Positions 1 through 12,729 of a stretch of DNA of 64,000 nt are shown piece by piece. Position 1 is the first letter of the stretch, and each line of letters begins with the position of its first letter. The DNA lies in contig NC_045696.1 in NCBI RefSeq assembly GCF_009834535.1, positions 66,528,001 through 66,592,000 on the forward strand, in the 5' to 3' direction. The position numbers and the translations under genes are program-made. The notes under the pieces are model-generated. The model had not been told where the DNA came from. It did no database searches and was given only the letters and a program-made list of their open reading frames with translations. The DNA comes from Camelus ferus. Taxonomy: Eukaryota.

Positions 1-879
1 TTTAATCTTCAGTTTTCATGGAATGAGATTCACATGGTGCGTTTAGCTACACTTACAAAAAAGCCACCAAGCTTTCAATTCTTTCCAACGTATCTACTGC
101 TAATCCTGGTGACAGTGATTTTAAACCAAAACAAAACAAAGGACATAAACACTCCTTGTTGTGCAGCCACTTGTTTTGATGCCCACATCCTGCCGCATTC
201 TCACCAGTGCCTTCTACTGATCCAGCCCCTCCCCCGGTCCTGGATACCTTTCTTGACTTCAGCTTCTGGTTTGTAGTTTCATCACTGTCCTTGCTTTTGT
301 CAACTACCAACCTCTGCAAATTCAACCATCTCCAGGCCATTGCTTTAACAGTTTTCCCTTTAATCTTCTCACATGTCTTGACTTGATTCTGCCCTTACTG
401 GCTCTCTGGTACTTCAGGGCTTCTCTTGGTGGCCTTTCCTCCTCTCTTTATTTACCTCTTTGTCCAAACCAGCCCCAGGGACAGCATCTTTAACTATTCC
501 CTTATTCGAGGGCTTATGGGCATTTGCAATGCAAGAAAGACTACAGTCTTTCTTCACTCTCTGTCTTGACACTGTCCAGTGCTCAACTCCTGTTCGCTGA
601 ACACTGTAGACTAATGTCACACGGCCATGCCTTTGAGGTCTGCCACTTGCTGTCACTGTGTGCTCACAGCTAGGGGGTTTTAGTGTTGTTTAGCAGTTTT
701 CTGCTTTTTTTGCTGAATATTTTTTCTCAGAGTTAATGTCCAGAATCATTTATAGTCCCCAAATCTGTAATCCTTCATTCTCTGCAGAACTTTATCTCCC
801 ACATTACTAAGGCAAGTTTTGATAAGGGACAGAATTTAGGATGGTGTGTCGGGACAGAAGAAAGGGCACATGTTGAGAC

Positions 880-1050
880 AGGAAGAAAGTGAGATTAATA
901 GGCATTTGTATTGTTTTTGTAGATAGGAAGGTAAAGGTGAAAGAAGGAGCTAAGTCTTGACGCCAAGATCTGGAGCCTGGGGAACTGATGGATTGTGATT
1001 CTGTGAACAAAAACACAAGCTATAGGAGAGAAAGTAGGGTAGGGAGAGAG
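880..1050 (-). mobile_element. L2 LINE fragment (old, degenerate)
   Basis: 'aggagctaagtcttgacgccaagatctggagcctggggaactgatggattgtg' resembles the antisense L2 motif gagtcaaggatgactcc..ggcctgagcaactgg; boundaries approximate. Confidence 0.5.
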
Positions 1051-2439
1051 GGTGTGACTTTCCCTTGTCACTTCTGTTCCTCTTTGCCCTTTTAAAGTCT
1101 AGTTATTTGTACTTAATTAACTTAAATAAAATAGAATGATTTATTGCTTCAAATAAATGAGCTTCCAAAACAGAAGGGCACATACCAGAAAGACTAAAAA
1201 GCATTCAGATCCCGGCTTCCAGAAAGAATAATCCTCTTAATAAATCAAGTTTAAGCTCTGTAATGTTAGATAACCAGAACAGCATTCTGTCTTTGGAAAA
1301 ATGCCCGAAGTCCTTTGCCCTTCTTCTTATTTTTAAAAATAGCCATGTAAGTGAGATGCAGCTCTTGGTGGGAATATCTTCTTGATTTTTATGTCTTTCT
1401 TAAGCACCGGCAGTTTTGGTGAGTCAGCTCTCTCGTCAGAGGGTTCTGCTTTTTAGCAAGTCAAAGATTGACAGAGTTGGTGCCAAGTGACACATGGTAC
1501 AGGGATTACTGTAGTAGCAACTTGCCCTGAATATCTATGCGATCCTTGTAGTCTATTCCAGTGGACGCATTTCCTCTTTGATAGGAATATAGTCTGGCTG
1601 AGACCCACTGGGAAGCATGGCTGCAAGTCCTCAATGTCACATAAAACTCAGGTCAGCTTGTCTCTTCCTTTTCTACAATGTTTTCTTTAATGTTCCAGTC
1701 TCTTTGTGTCTCACCTTCCCCACTTCACAGAGAATGTCAAAACGCCAGTAACAGACACTGAATTTCCAACATCCTTTTGCTCTAATCACGTGAGGATGCT
1801 CTTTTCCTCTGCTGATCTGTGTCTTCTTTAAAAACTTCACTCAGCATCATTCTTTTCACAATTATCCAAGTCGCCTATTTGTCAGGGGTCTGGCTTCTGC
1901 CGTATTTCCTCTTAAACTTTTACATAAAAAAGTTATCTGACACAAGTATATACGATAGGGCCAAACACTTGTTGACAGATATTGAGGTGCACCTTTTTCT
2001 AATCTAAATTGTCAGTGGTGCTGTTCACCTGTTGTAATAATGCTGTCTTTCTTTTCCTGAACTGGGGAACAGCCTATAATATTATCTCATTAGCTGTGAA
2101 TTAGGGAGAAGCATGAGACTGAGAGTTTGTATTCATTGAGTTACTATTAAGGTAACAAAGCTGTTGGCTTTGTGTTTCCACATGGTGGATGCGACTCTTA
2201 GAATCCCCTCCCTCCATCTGAAAGCTTTACCTCACACCGGAAGGCATTCAGCAAACTTACGCTTAAGGTTGTCACTCGGTAAACATGACCTGGAAGGTAG
2301 ATTTGTCTCTTCAAATCAGAATTAGTATGAAGGCCAACACATACTGTTTTTGGATTACCAGCTTTTTGATTTAATTGTGGCCAATATGCCTTTTCATTTG
2401 CACAATAAATAAAAGCTTCAATATTTAATTCATTTATAG

Positions 2440-2740
2440 AGCAAACATCATATACTAAACATGACAGGATGTCTGTTTAAGACAGACCCTGTCTTAGAGG
2501 GTTACAGCCTGGGAGGGGGTGCACAGACACACAGCTCGGTGGTAAATATAGAAGTTGGGAAGGGCTATGAGAGTACTTCTCAGGGAGTGGGTAACTCTGG
2601 GTGAGTCGAGGAGAACTGCTCTGGGAAGTCAAATCTGAAGTTACGCCTTTCAGATGAGTGAGAGGTCCTCAGACAGAGGAAACAGGGTCAAGCCCTCCAA
2701 ATGAGAGGGGGCTCCTGTAGAAAGCCCTGGAGGTGTCTCA
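2440..2740 (-). mobile_element. L2 LINE 3' fragment
   Basis: 'aagacagaccctgtcttagagggttacagcctgggag...agaggaaacagggtcaagccc' follows the antisense L2 3' pattern. Confidence 0.5.
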
Positions 2741-3621
2741 GTGCTCCGCGAGGGACTCCACTGCGTGCACAGTCCTGTTTTCTACGGCTGCAAAGAGTTT
2801 TCAAGTCTACCATCTGCTGAGTGAAACCTGTTCAAATTAGATCTGTAAAATGTTTGTCTCTTTACCAGATTAATATTTGGTTCTCAGTAAGCATTCAACC
2901 TGACATATTTCCAGAAGGAAAAAAAGGGAAAGGAAACACGTGCTGTCTTCTCAAGGAATTGCCAGTTATTTGAGGACACAGCCATGTTGGAGGGAAGAAA
3001 CGTGTGTGACCTGATGCCTAAGGAGAAAGGGAGCGACGCTGCTGGGGCGCAAAGGAGGAGCCATCCTGAGGGCTCCCCCAGCCGGCCCTCGATGCTCCGC
3101 GGCAGAGAGAGTCATCGACTGGACATTCTTTCCCCTTGATGGCACGGACACCGACCACAAGTCCTTTACCTCACCAACCACTGAGACTGTGCCAGGCCTG
3201 GAACGCCTTCCCCACAAAGGCCCATTCATCATTTCCTCACCCTGTGACTGAAATGTGATGTGGGAGCAGGCAATAGTAGTGCTAAATACGGGATTGAAAG
3301 CCCAAACTGCGCTAGGGTGGTAGCTCTGTGGTTTCCAAGCCTTCGTGAACAGACCTCACAAATTGGACACCCATCTTGGTCTGCCCAGATTATTATGACT
3401 CCACGGAGCTGGGAAGCCCCAGCGTGACAACCAAGCACTTGTCTCCCAGTTTCTGACATGAGTCCCTCCCATGTCTCCAAGGCTTATTCCTGTAAATGCT
3501 ACGTCCTGCACTGACGAGGTACAGGACGAGGGGAGGCAGAGGATGGGGAAGAAGTTAAGCATTCGTGATCTCCCTCTAGAGCCGGGAGGAATTATCCACC
3601 CGGTGCTGCCTCTGGTTAGGA

Positions 3622-3661
3622 GGGCAGGGGTGGGGGCGGGGGTGGGGTTGGGGTGGGTGGG
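3622..3661 (+). other. G-quadruplex-forming G-tract cluster with GC box
   Basis: GGG-CA-GGGG-T-GGGGG-C-GGGGG-T-GGGG-TT-GGGG-T-GGG-T-GGG: 8 G runs with 1-2 nt loops; contains GGGGCGGGG. Confidence 0.75.
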
Positions 3662-3779
3662 AGAGAAGGTTAAGGGGAAGGAAAGATTAAGCAGTTCTTA
3701 ATTATCTGGCCTCAGGACATGGGGGTCCATCCTATATGGCTCTTGTTTCAAACTACTACTTCGAATTTTTTTTTCCTTT

Positions 3780-4248
3780 CTTCTTTTTTCCTTTTTTTGA
3801 GTAAAGTAAATTTATTGAGAGAGATACCTACTCCGTAGACAGAGTGCAGGCTGTTTCAGAAGGCAAGAGAAAGGCCACCAGGTGTGGGGGTTGGGTGCTC
3901 AGTTTAAGGTAAAAGTGGATACACACTCCACAGGCAGAGTGCAGCCCGTCTCACTCAGAGGGGAGAGTGGCCACGGGGTGTGGGGGATGTTACCTTCCAT
4001 GGGCTCCGTAACTTCACATGCTAACAAGTGGGAGGGTTATTCCAACTACTTTGGGGAAGGGGCCCAGGAACTGGGCATCACTCACCCTTTGACCTTTTAT
4101 GGTCAGCCTTAAAACGGTCCTGGCACCTGTGGGAGTGCCATTTAACAGCTATTGCATTTCAATCAGCATATATTGAAGCTCAAGGTCTACCATGAGTTGA
4201 ATCTTCCACCATCTTGGTGATAATTACTGTGTCATTTTTTAATGGTTG
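3780..4248 (-). mobile_element. ERV1-like LTR fragment
   Basis: Antisense polyA signal 'tttatt' in 'agtaaagtaaatttattgagagagatac' followed by LTR-like sequence; family not identified. Confidence 0.55.
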
Positions 4249-4418
4249 TGTTACCCCAAAAGGTAAAGACGCTGGTTCTGGTTATACCCGAAAGACAAGT
4301 CTGCAGTCCGGGGACAGTGCGTTGTGTAGCAAAAGATTTTAAAAGATTTATATAAAAAGAAAGGAAAAGTACACCCCCAAGAATGGGAGGAAGGCTGATC
4401 AAAGGGAGGAAAACCCCA
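4249..4418 (-). mobile_element. Second LTR fragment (3' terminus)
   Basis: Starts 'tgttacc' (complement of a ...ggtaaCA LTR end) and is followed by an antisense polyA-signal-like region; truncated at the adjacent L1 tail. Confidence 0.4.
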
Positions 4419-4673
4419 TTTTTTTAATTGAAAATAGTCTGTTATAATGTGTCAGTTTCTGGTGTACCACATGTCCCAGTCACGGATATACATATACAAA
4501 TTCCTTTTCATTTTCTTTTTCATTAAGGTTACTGCAAGACATTGAATATAGTTCCCTGTGCTATACAGAAGAAACTTGTTTTTTATCTATTTTTATCTAT
4601 AGTGGGTAAGACTTGCAAATCTCAGATTCCCAAATGTACCTCTTCCCACCTGCTTTCCCCCAGTAACCATGAG
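4419..4673 (-). mobile_element. L1 3' end (cetartiodactyl-type), 5'-truncated
   Basis: T run, then 'aattgaaaatagtc..gtttctggtgtac..attgaatatagttccctgtgctatacag..cccccagtaaccat', the typical antisense L1 3'UTR. Confidence 0.85.
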
Positions 4674-7499
4674 ATTAACTTCAACACCTAATTCCCTAAG
4701 CTGGAAGCTTCCTTGATCATTGCGTGAGAACGGTGGTGGCAGGGGCCCTGGGAGATAAAGGGCTGGAGCACGTGGTGTGACTGTGGCGCCCCCAATATCT
4801 GCCCGGGGACCCTAGAGGTGCAGGGAAGACTTGTAAGAAAGCTAGAGCTGGTTCCCGTTCCCTGTGGCTCTCACACGCTCTGGGTGCTGGGGAAGGTGCA
4901 CAGGTAGGAAGGCTGGAGGGTGGTACAGGTGAGTCAAATAATCCACGTTCCACGGTGGGAGGAGGTTCATTCCTGAACACCCCCCAGTATTACAGGGACT
5001 CTTTTCTTCGCAATCGTATATGTAAAAAATGCCATGTAAAAATATTCATTTTAATAAAAATGAGTCTCATTAACAACAACAAAAAAATTCTTATTTTTTT
5101 TTAAACTGAGAAGATATCCAAGCCCCGGGATCTCTCTTTAGATCAGTCTTTGCCGTTGTCACAGATCCAAAGCTGTTACTCAGGGGAGAAAAAAAACTAA
5201 TTTCCCTTTACCCTTCTTCTGACCTGGTTTCCTATGTTAATTTTCACCCCAATATTGCAGTTATCAAGTATAAGCTAAGAGAAGGGTATGATACTAGACG
5301 CAATTTTTAGCCTTTTATCCCTAATCCTGGCTCAGTTTTGTTGACAATCCAGACATTAGAGAGACCCACATGTTTTCTTTACTCACCAGCAGTGTAGAAA
5401 GAAGCGAGGGTTTAGTTCACACATAGTGCTTTTCAGATCAGCAAAGAAATATGGAACTTTTGAGCTTGTTGAAGAATCTGCCTTCTCTCCCTTCCACCCA
5501 AGACATCTCACATCTCTAATGTGGTCCAATATAGTTATGTCACTCAGTATTGCCCAGGGATTTTCCCCCCAGCACGATTATTCAGATACAATATTAAGTA
5601 TATTAATATTCTGAGGAAATAACATTTTTTATCCCAAAAATGTTTAAAGGAGATATTCATTTCAAAGACCCAAGAAAGTACTCCTTTAAAAATGGCTTTA
5701 ACTTTTATGCTTATCAGCAACTGAGACTAGATCTGTTGAAATAAAGATTGTTTCCATGTGTTTCATATGGAATTTTATGTTTGGTCTCTGTTAAATTTAT
5801 CTTGAATAAAATCAGGTTGAAAATCTAGCACATAAGCTTTGATAAAATAAACTTTCACAGTGTAATTCATGTGTTGAGGAGTCAGAAGACAGTCACTTGA
5901 AGACTTTGTTAAACATCTGGACCAAATGTCTTTATTTCTAATATTTATTAATGAAATATAATTCAGTGTCTTTCAGATTAGTTATCTGTGACACTGTGAG
6001 GTGGTCCTTTCTCCCTTTAATCTACAGAAATCCAGAAAATTTTTGTCATTGTCTTCTTTTTCCACTTCCCTGCCCTTTCTTCCCGCTCATTTTCTACCCA
6101 AGAATCATCTTCAAAAACACAACTGACAAAAGCCCACAATATTGGGAGCATTATAGAATTTTATAGATAAGAGTTTAAAATTACTAATCTATTATTCACC
6201 AAATATTGAGTTCCTGCAGCGTTCTAAGATGTTTAATTTATTTTGCAGAACAGTGCAGACTGATGACATTGACCTTGCATTGAAGAATCTATATTAAAGC
6301 AGGTGATAAATGTTTTTAAAGAGTAGTGATACAATTTGAATAATATTTTTATAGAGGTACTTGCAGACTGCTGCAGAAAATGCATAGAAAGGGAATTTGT
6401 TCTTTCTTTTGGTGGCATTTGTATGACTGTGACCTTATAAGAAGAGGTGACTTTAACTGGGTCTGGGTAGATGGATTAGAGTCTGCAGAGTTCAAGAAAG
6501 AGTGGATTATCATGTAGGGGTTTCACATTTACTTTCTGTTCATATGTGCAAATAAGTTGAAGCTTATGTTTCATAACAGGTCTAACCTTCCTCATTAACT
6601 TCTGTCCAGGGGCTGGGACACGGAGAGGGACTTTTACTTGCCAATTAATGACATCTCATACCTTTCTGGTCTTATCTGTTTAAAATAGTTCAGTATTTTG
6701 GGGATAATTGTCAATCTGTCAGATCTTCTCTTTCCTCCCCATACTCCTTTCCAGGATAATAGAAATTATTTCTGGGTATTTGAGAGGGTTTATGTGACTT
6801 CCTGGTAGCAGGGGAGATTTGTCCTTATCCTCATGGAGTCCTGTGACTCTGGACCCTGGACTGGCATTTAATGAGGTACAGTTGGTCCCACTTGACCTTT
6901 GAGGAGAAGAGTTCAGATCTATGATTTCCTTAGTTCTAACCATTTGTGAAACTGAAATCTTTGTGTACTGCAGTCTCATTGCTTGACCTCAGGCCTCTGC
7001 ACAGCCATGAGTGTATCAACTCTGAGGTTTCTCCTGTGTAAGCTGGAGTACTGGATCCCCTCCAGGCTGTATGCAAGCTGAGGAAACCGGGAGGGCTGCT
7101 GCAGGTTGGGAGGTAGTAAGAGCTGGGCATCTGGAGGCCAGCAGTGCCCCCAGGTGATACCCAGGGAAGCCGACACCTCATGCTGTGGTGTTTAGGTTCT
7201 TTCGTAGATGCTTGGCTCTTTCTCCAGAGGTTCCTCTTTGAGCTGTCCATCCATCCAGGGAGAGACTCTCCAGTGACACCAATTAGGAGACTCTATGTGA
7301 GGAAAAGGAGGAGGCAATGGGGACAAGACATGTCAGGAATGTTAGAGTCAAACAGATTCAGTTTGAATTTGGGGAATGAGTAGTTGACGATGACGTCAAC
7401 ATTTGCTCCTTGGGTGATGATGTAGTTAGTGATGCCATTGGTCAGAATAAACAGTATAATGAGTTTGGAAGTAAATTTAGGGAGGCTAGCTTTGGTAGT

Positions 7500-7864
7500 T
7501 GTCTTAGTCCCTTTGGGCAGCTATAACAGATCATCATAAACTGACTGGCTTATAAACAACAGAAATTTATTTCTCACAGTTTTGGAAGCTGGAGAGTCCA
7601 AGATCAAGGCACTGGCAGGTTCTGAGTCTGATGAGAACCCACTTCCTGGTTCTCAGAGCCTGTCTTCCTGCTGTCCTCACATGGTGGAAAAGCAAGGGAG
7701 CTCCCCAGGGTCTCTTTTAAAAGGGCACTAATCTCATTTATGAGGGCTCCATCCTCATGACCTAATCACTTCCCAAAGGCGCCACCTCCAAATAACATAG
7801 TATTGAGGACTGAGTTTCAACATATGAATTTGGGGGAGGGGACACAAACATTCCATGTTCAGCA
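7500..7864 (-). mobile_element. MLT1A-type MaLR solo LTR
   Basis: tgtcttagtcc..ggcttataaacaacagaaatttatttctcacagttttggaagctgg..atgacctaatcacttcccaaaggc..tttcaacatatgaatttggggg..acaaacatt; near full length. Confidence 0.92.
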
Positions 7865-8619
7865 GCAATGAACAATGAACTTTTTAAAAATCTTTTCAGT
7901 ACACTTTGCTGTACTCAATAGAATGTTTTCATCTCTTTTTGCCTGTCCAGGGAAAAGTATTACTCTAGAAATGTAAGAATCAGAGCATTACATGTTATTA
8001 ATTTTGTAAAATTACTGAGAACATATAAAAATGTGGATTTTAAAATGTGAGATCTAAGTAAGGTAAGGAGGAAGTGTTCAACAAACAGAGCACATTTTAT
8101 AATCCATGTTAATGAATGGAGGAGGGCATTCACAAACTTGTTAAATATGTCAGTAATTCAGAAGTCAATTTTGTACATTAGTATTTTCTCCCTCTAGATT
8201 TTCTGATCTGTTTTCAAACAAGGGGTTAAAAGTAATTGTTGAACAATGAATAGGGAAATACACAGTCAGCTCCAATAAGAGAAATAGTTCTAAAGAGTCA
8301 TTCATTTACAAAAAGCATGTTTACTCTATTAGACGGTATAGAGCTGCACATGATTAGATAATTTGTGCCGGCACTTGCCTAGCAATTGAGAAATCAATCA
8401 TTTTGCTGCTATGGCAACACTTCTGTTCTCCATTTGAAAGCTTGTATATTTAACCGCATGTATCCAGAGACTTGTAGCATCTTGGGGGTTAGCTGTCTTT
8501 AAATATGTGTGCACTGACCAATATAGGTATGTCATCATTTTGGCTCTTGTGGTTACACTAAAACTCTCCATAAAAACAACAGACATCACAAATGACTGCA
8601 TCATTAGGCAATGCTGTGC

Positions 8620-8750
8620 AGCAGAGAGCACCAGGTTCTAGCTCCTTCTCCTCCTCAGTTAACTGTGACCCTGAAAATGTCATGATTCTTTTTGGAGCCT
8701 CAGTTGTTACATCTGTGAAATGAGAGCGTTTCACCAAGAGCAACATAAGA
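8620..8750 (+). mobile_element. MIR SINE fragment
   Basis: Core 'aactgtgaccctg..gagcctcagttgttacatctgtgaaatgag'. Confidence 0.7.
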
Positions 8751-10138
8751 AAAATTCATATCTAAGTTCTTTAAGCCCCAAATAAAGTTCCTTAAGCCAA
8801 GACTGCATATGCTCTCCAATTCAACATTTGGGATTCACATAATCCTATGTCTTTTTCTCCAAAAAAGCATCATTTTAAAAAAACCTGAATGAAAAAGCAG
8901 TGAGGTAGATACTAGCTCTCTTCTAGGATTGAGGAAACTGCAGCTCAGAAACTTCAACTGAGAAAAATTTGAAGAAGTCTGACTCCAAAGCTTGTGTGTT
9001 TTGTATTGTGTCATGTTGTTGTCTTAAAGGGAAAATAAAGAAATGGAATAAAGGCATTTTATAGAGTTGGCATATTTTTATATATTATTTTTAACATTTA
9101 ATAAGATTCTAAAAGTGTAAGACCATTGGTTAGAATAACAGTTTTACTTTTAACATCCATTATTATTCATTTTTTCAATTGGTCTTTGGCTTTTACAGAG
9201 TCTTCACAGTTGAGTTTCCCTCCTTTTACAATAAGCTTTTAAGACTTGTAGGTAAATAATACGACCTAAGACTAACGGTATATCTTCCAGACAAAATATG
9301 GAGCAAATTAAGACAACTTTCTGAGTAACTTAGACTCAAAATAGCACTATTTATGTTTTAGATGATGGAGAATGCTATTTGAATACTGTTTTTAAATCAT
9401 TGCAAAGTTTGGTTAAAAAAAAAAGAAAACTCATTGGATTGTCACCCACATTCCCTTTGTTGGTAGAGATCTCTTATTTATGAAATCTTCCCAGTCTGAA
9501 GCTTGTTTGCTGCAGACACGTTGAGGAGGTTTTGCTGGAAGTGAATGATGAGGAATTATTCAGGAATTCTAGCTATCTACACAGTATACACAATCAGCTC
9601 ATTTGAGTCCGAACTTCATGGGTTGATTGAGATCCTGATCTGCCCTTTCATAGCTGCTTGACCCGAGCTAAGTCACTGAGGGATCACACCACTCTTCAAA
9701 TCATCTTCTCACTAACAACTCAAATTGTTTTAACAAGTTATCTTTTGAATTTGAGACAATTTTTTTTTTCAAAATAATGTGCATGGAGCACATTAAAAGG
9801 CTTTTAAACCTATTAATTGTTATTATAATGAAAACATTTGAAATCCCATTTCAAAATTCCAATCAAGTTTGTGGTTATTGTTTACTTCATTTTCAAACAA
9901 GCTGATTACTTTGTCTGAACACAAATACAAGCCAAGTGGGAGCCGCAAGGCAAGGCAGGATTCTCTTATATGGAGCCCAGCGTTGCTCTTGAGTGCAATT
10001 GGCAAAAGGGGAAAGAAAATGTTTGATGTTAATCCGAAAAGTTTCTGAAAGGCTATACATGATTTGAGGATGGACTAGGTCTCTATGGGTGCCTAGGGAA
10101 TTTTTATACACAGTTGATTTTAGAAAGAACTTCTACTT

Positions 10139-10287
10139 TTTTAAAAATTTCTTTTGTTTTTTTTGGGCGGGGTGGGTGGAGGCAATTAAGTTTATTTATT
10201 TATTTATAACAGAGTTACTGGGGATTGAACCCAGGATCTCGTGCATGCTGAGCCTACACTCTACCAGTGAGCCATACCCACCCTTGT
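10139..10287 (-). mobile_element. tRNA-Ala-derived SINE (camelid Vic-1-like) with TSD
   Basis: Reverse complement reads gggtatggctcactggtagag..catgcacgagatcctgggttcaatccccagta (A and B boxes) plus an A-rich tail; flanked by aagaacttctactt (10125-10138) and aagaacttttattt (10288-10301). Confidence 0.9.
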
Positions 10288-11044
10288 AAGAACTTTTATT
10301 TAGAGCTGCTTTTTATGCCTGTGATGGGACGGGCCACACCACAATTACACATTTTTAGAAGGGAGGATCCCTTGATGACAGATGTAATTGCTACCCCCTC
10401 ATTTTCCCCCATTTGAAAGATTAACATTTAAAAACCCTTTGAAAATGGTTTGGTCCTTTTTGCACATGTGGAATTTTTTTTTTTTTTTTTGAACCTTGGG
10501 GAAATTTATGCAGGCTGTAGTTTTTAGTGGAAAAGAACACATCAGGGAGTGGATTCCTTTTCCTTATCCAAAATAGAAAGGGTGTGGGCTTTCTTCCTTT
10601 GATGTGGATGCATGAGGCACACCTCTTCCCTAACACATCTGATGACTTTAGTGTTTCCTGCTGTTCAGACTGCTCCCTGAGCATCCCACCTCTTCTCCTT
10701 GTCTTTCCTTTAAAATGTGTAAGATATTTTGCATTTGTGATCTTGGCTGAATTATGCTGAAGAAGGAACGCTGCAAATTATTTTCATAATTGGGTTTTCA
10801 AGACTTTAGAAAATCAATTTTATCATAAGAGAAAGTCACTGGGCACCCTTATTAGTTGCTCAGTTTTGATGACTTTAGGTGAATACTGCTAAGTTCCATG
10901 ATTCTCTTAAACTTGGAGTATTATGTTCTTTAACCAAAATATGATTACAATGAAATTTCAGTTTTTGTTAAAAAATGTGTGTGTGTATAGTCTCTTCCTG
11001 AAAGTAATTCTTCATTTTCCCTTATGGATATTAGTAGTGATAAA

Positions 11045-11275
11045 TCATCCATCTTGAGCATTTACTCTATGCAAGGCATCTGCTAAGCACATCGCTTTCA
11101 TAAACTCATTCATTCCTCGTAAGAATCTTGAGGAAGGCATTCTTCTTCTCTTTTCACAAATAGGGAAACCAAGGCTGCTTTCTGCACATTCATACAATTA
11201 TGAAAAGGCATAATCGACGTGCAGCCAAGATTCATCTCACAACAAGGCGGCCAATGTTTTAGCCATTAATTTATT
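11045..11275 (-). mobile_element. MIR SINE
   Basis: 'ttgagcatttactctatgcaaggca..ctcattcattcctcgtaag..ttttcacaaatagggaaaccaaggct'. Confidence 0.75.
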
Positions 11276-12729
11276 TAGCCTCTGTAGCTGAGTGCCTTGA
11301 GTCTCTTGTCTTAGAATGCCTTGGCAATTCAGAACAGTTTTGAACCCCGTGACTTGGAATCGTGTTAGAACGAGTAGGTGGATGGTGTCATGTGCTTCCT
11401 ACCACCCCACTGACTCTGAATCACTTCCGTTTTACTGCGTTTCGTATTGTAACTTAGTTGATGTTCTTCTAAAGTAGAGTTGGTTTAAAGTGAATTTGTC
11501 ATTTCAAGATTTTGAGGAAAATGATGCAATACAAAATGATGATGCCCATGGCAGGCATGGACAGTGCTGGCAGGGGAGTCACGGTGCTTCTCCTCTGGAC
11601 TGGAACGATGGGCTTAGAAAGCGTTTCTTGTCCTCTTAGGCCTGAAGAGGAGAAAGTAGTCAAACTGAATGGTAGTTCACTTTAGGAATCAGACCCATTT
11701 CCCTGAGAAAAATTTGAAGGCCCTTTCCTCTTTTCAAATCACTCTTTTTCTTTCCATTTATACTCATTTTCAGCTTTGTAAGCATATACAAGTCGATGTC
11801 AGAAGCCCTTCTGTTATAGCCACTTATTTTGGGGTCAGTGGTGACGTGAAGCTGTATTTTTATATATGAACTAATACCAAAGTAAGAAAAATAAATCAGA
11901 TAAAAAAACTTAAAGACTTTAGTTGAAATGCACAATACTATAATCTCATCTTTGATAATTTCTACAGCCCTCTGAACAGACAGGAACATATATGCTTTTC
12001 CGGTTATGCAGGAAACTCAGAACCTGAGGCGCAGGAGTGCCATTTGTTTGCTTGGCATCACTATCAGAAGCACTGGATAGTCTAACTGGGTATGAATGCC
12101 AACTACAGCTGTTCACACAAGCATGGCGATCGAAACTCTGACTTCTTTTGAAGTAAATTATTGCCTGCGCAGGAATGAAACATCAGAATACTTCTTTTCT
12201 TTGATGAAGAGGTTCTGGAAGGTGTCCGTGAATCCAGTCAATGGGAAGGCCTTTATTTTAACTTTGTTCTCCCGTATTTCTCCCTCACAGACATTTTTTC
12301 ATGTTTTAAATGATTTTCCCCTCAAATTTTACAGTGGCCACCAATAATGGGGGTTATAAAGATTGCTCAGATTGCATTCTGTTCCAGGTTTGTCATCAAG
12401 ATCATCTGGAGACAATGAGAAAGACTGAAAACTCTCATCATGACCCCTGAGGTTCTTCACGCAGTGTTGCCCTGCTTCCTTTGCAGCCTCACTGCCCGCT
12501 GTTTATGCCTACATCTTCTTCTTGGAATTCTTCACGCTCAGTTATATGTCTGTGGTTTTGTCCATTCTCTCCTTTTTCCTGGTCAGGCCTTAATGCTGCT
12601 CTCTGAACTGATTTTCAGGACTATATAGCCAGTTACCTCACCCGTCCATTCTCCATTCATTTTTTCTGCCTTTACTGTAAGTGTAATATGTAACCTGCCT
12701 TTCTCTACTATGTTATACTAGCAGTGAAG

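Noticed and set aside
10200..10285. tRNA-like sequence (also about 36595-36665)
   Set aside because: Degenerate stems, A-rich tail and TSD indicate SINEs, not tRNA genes
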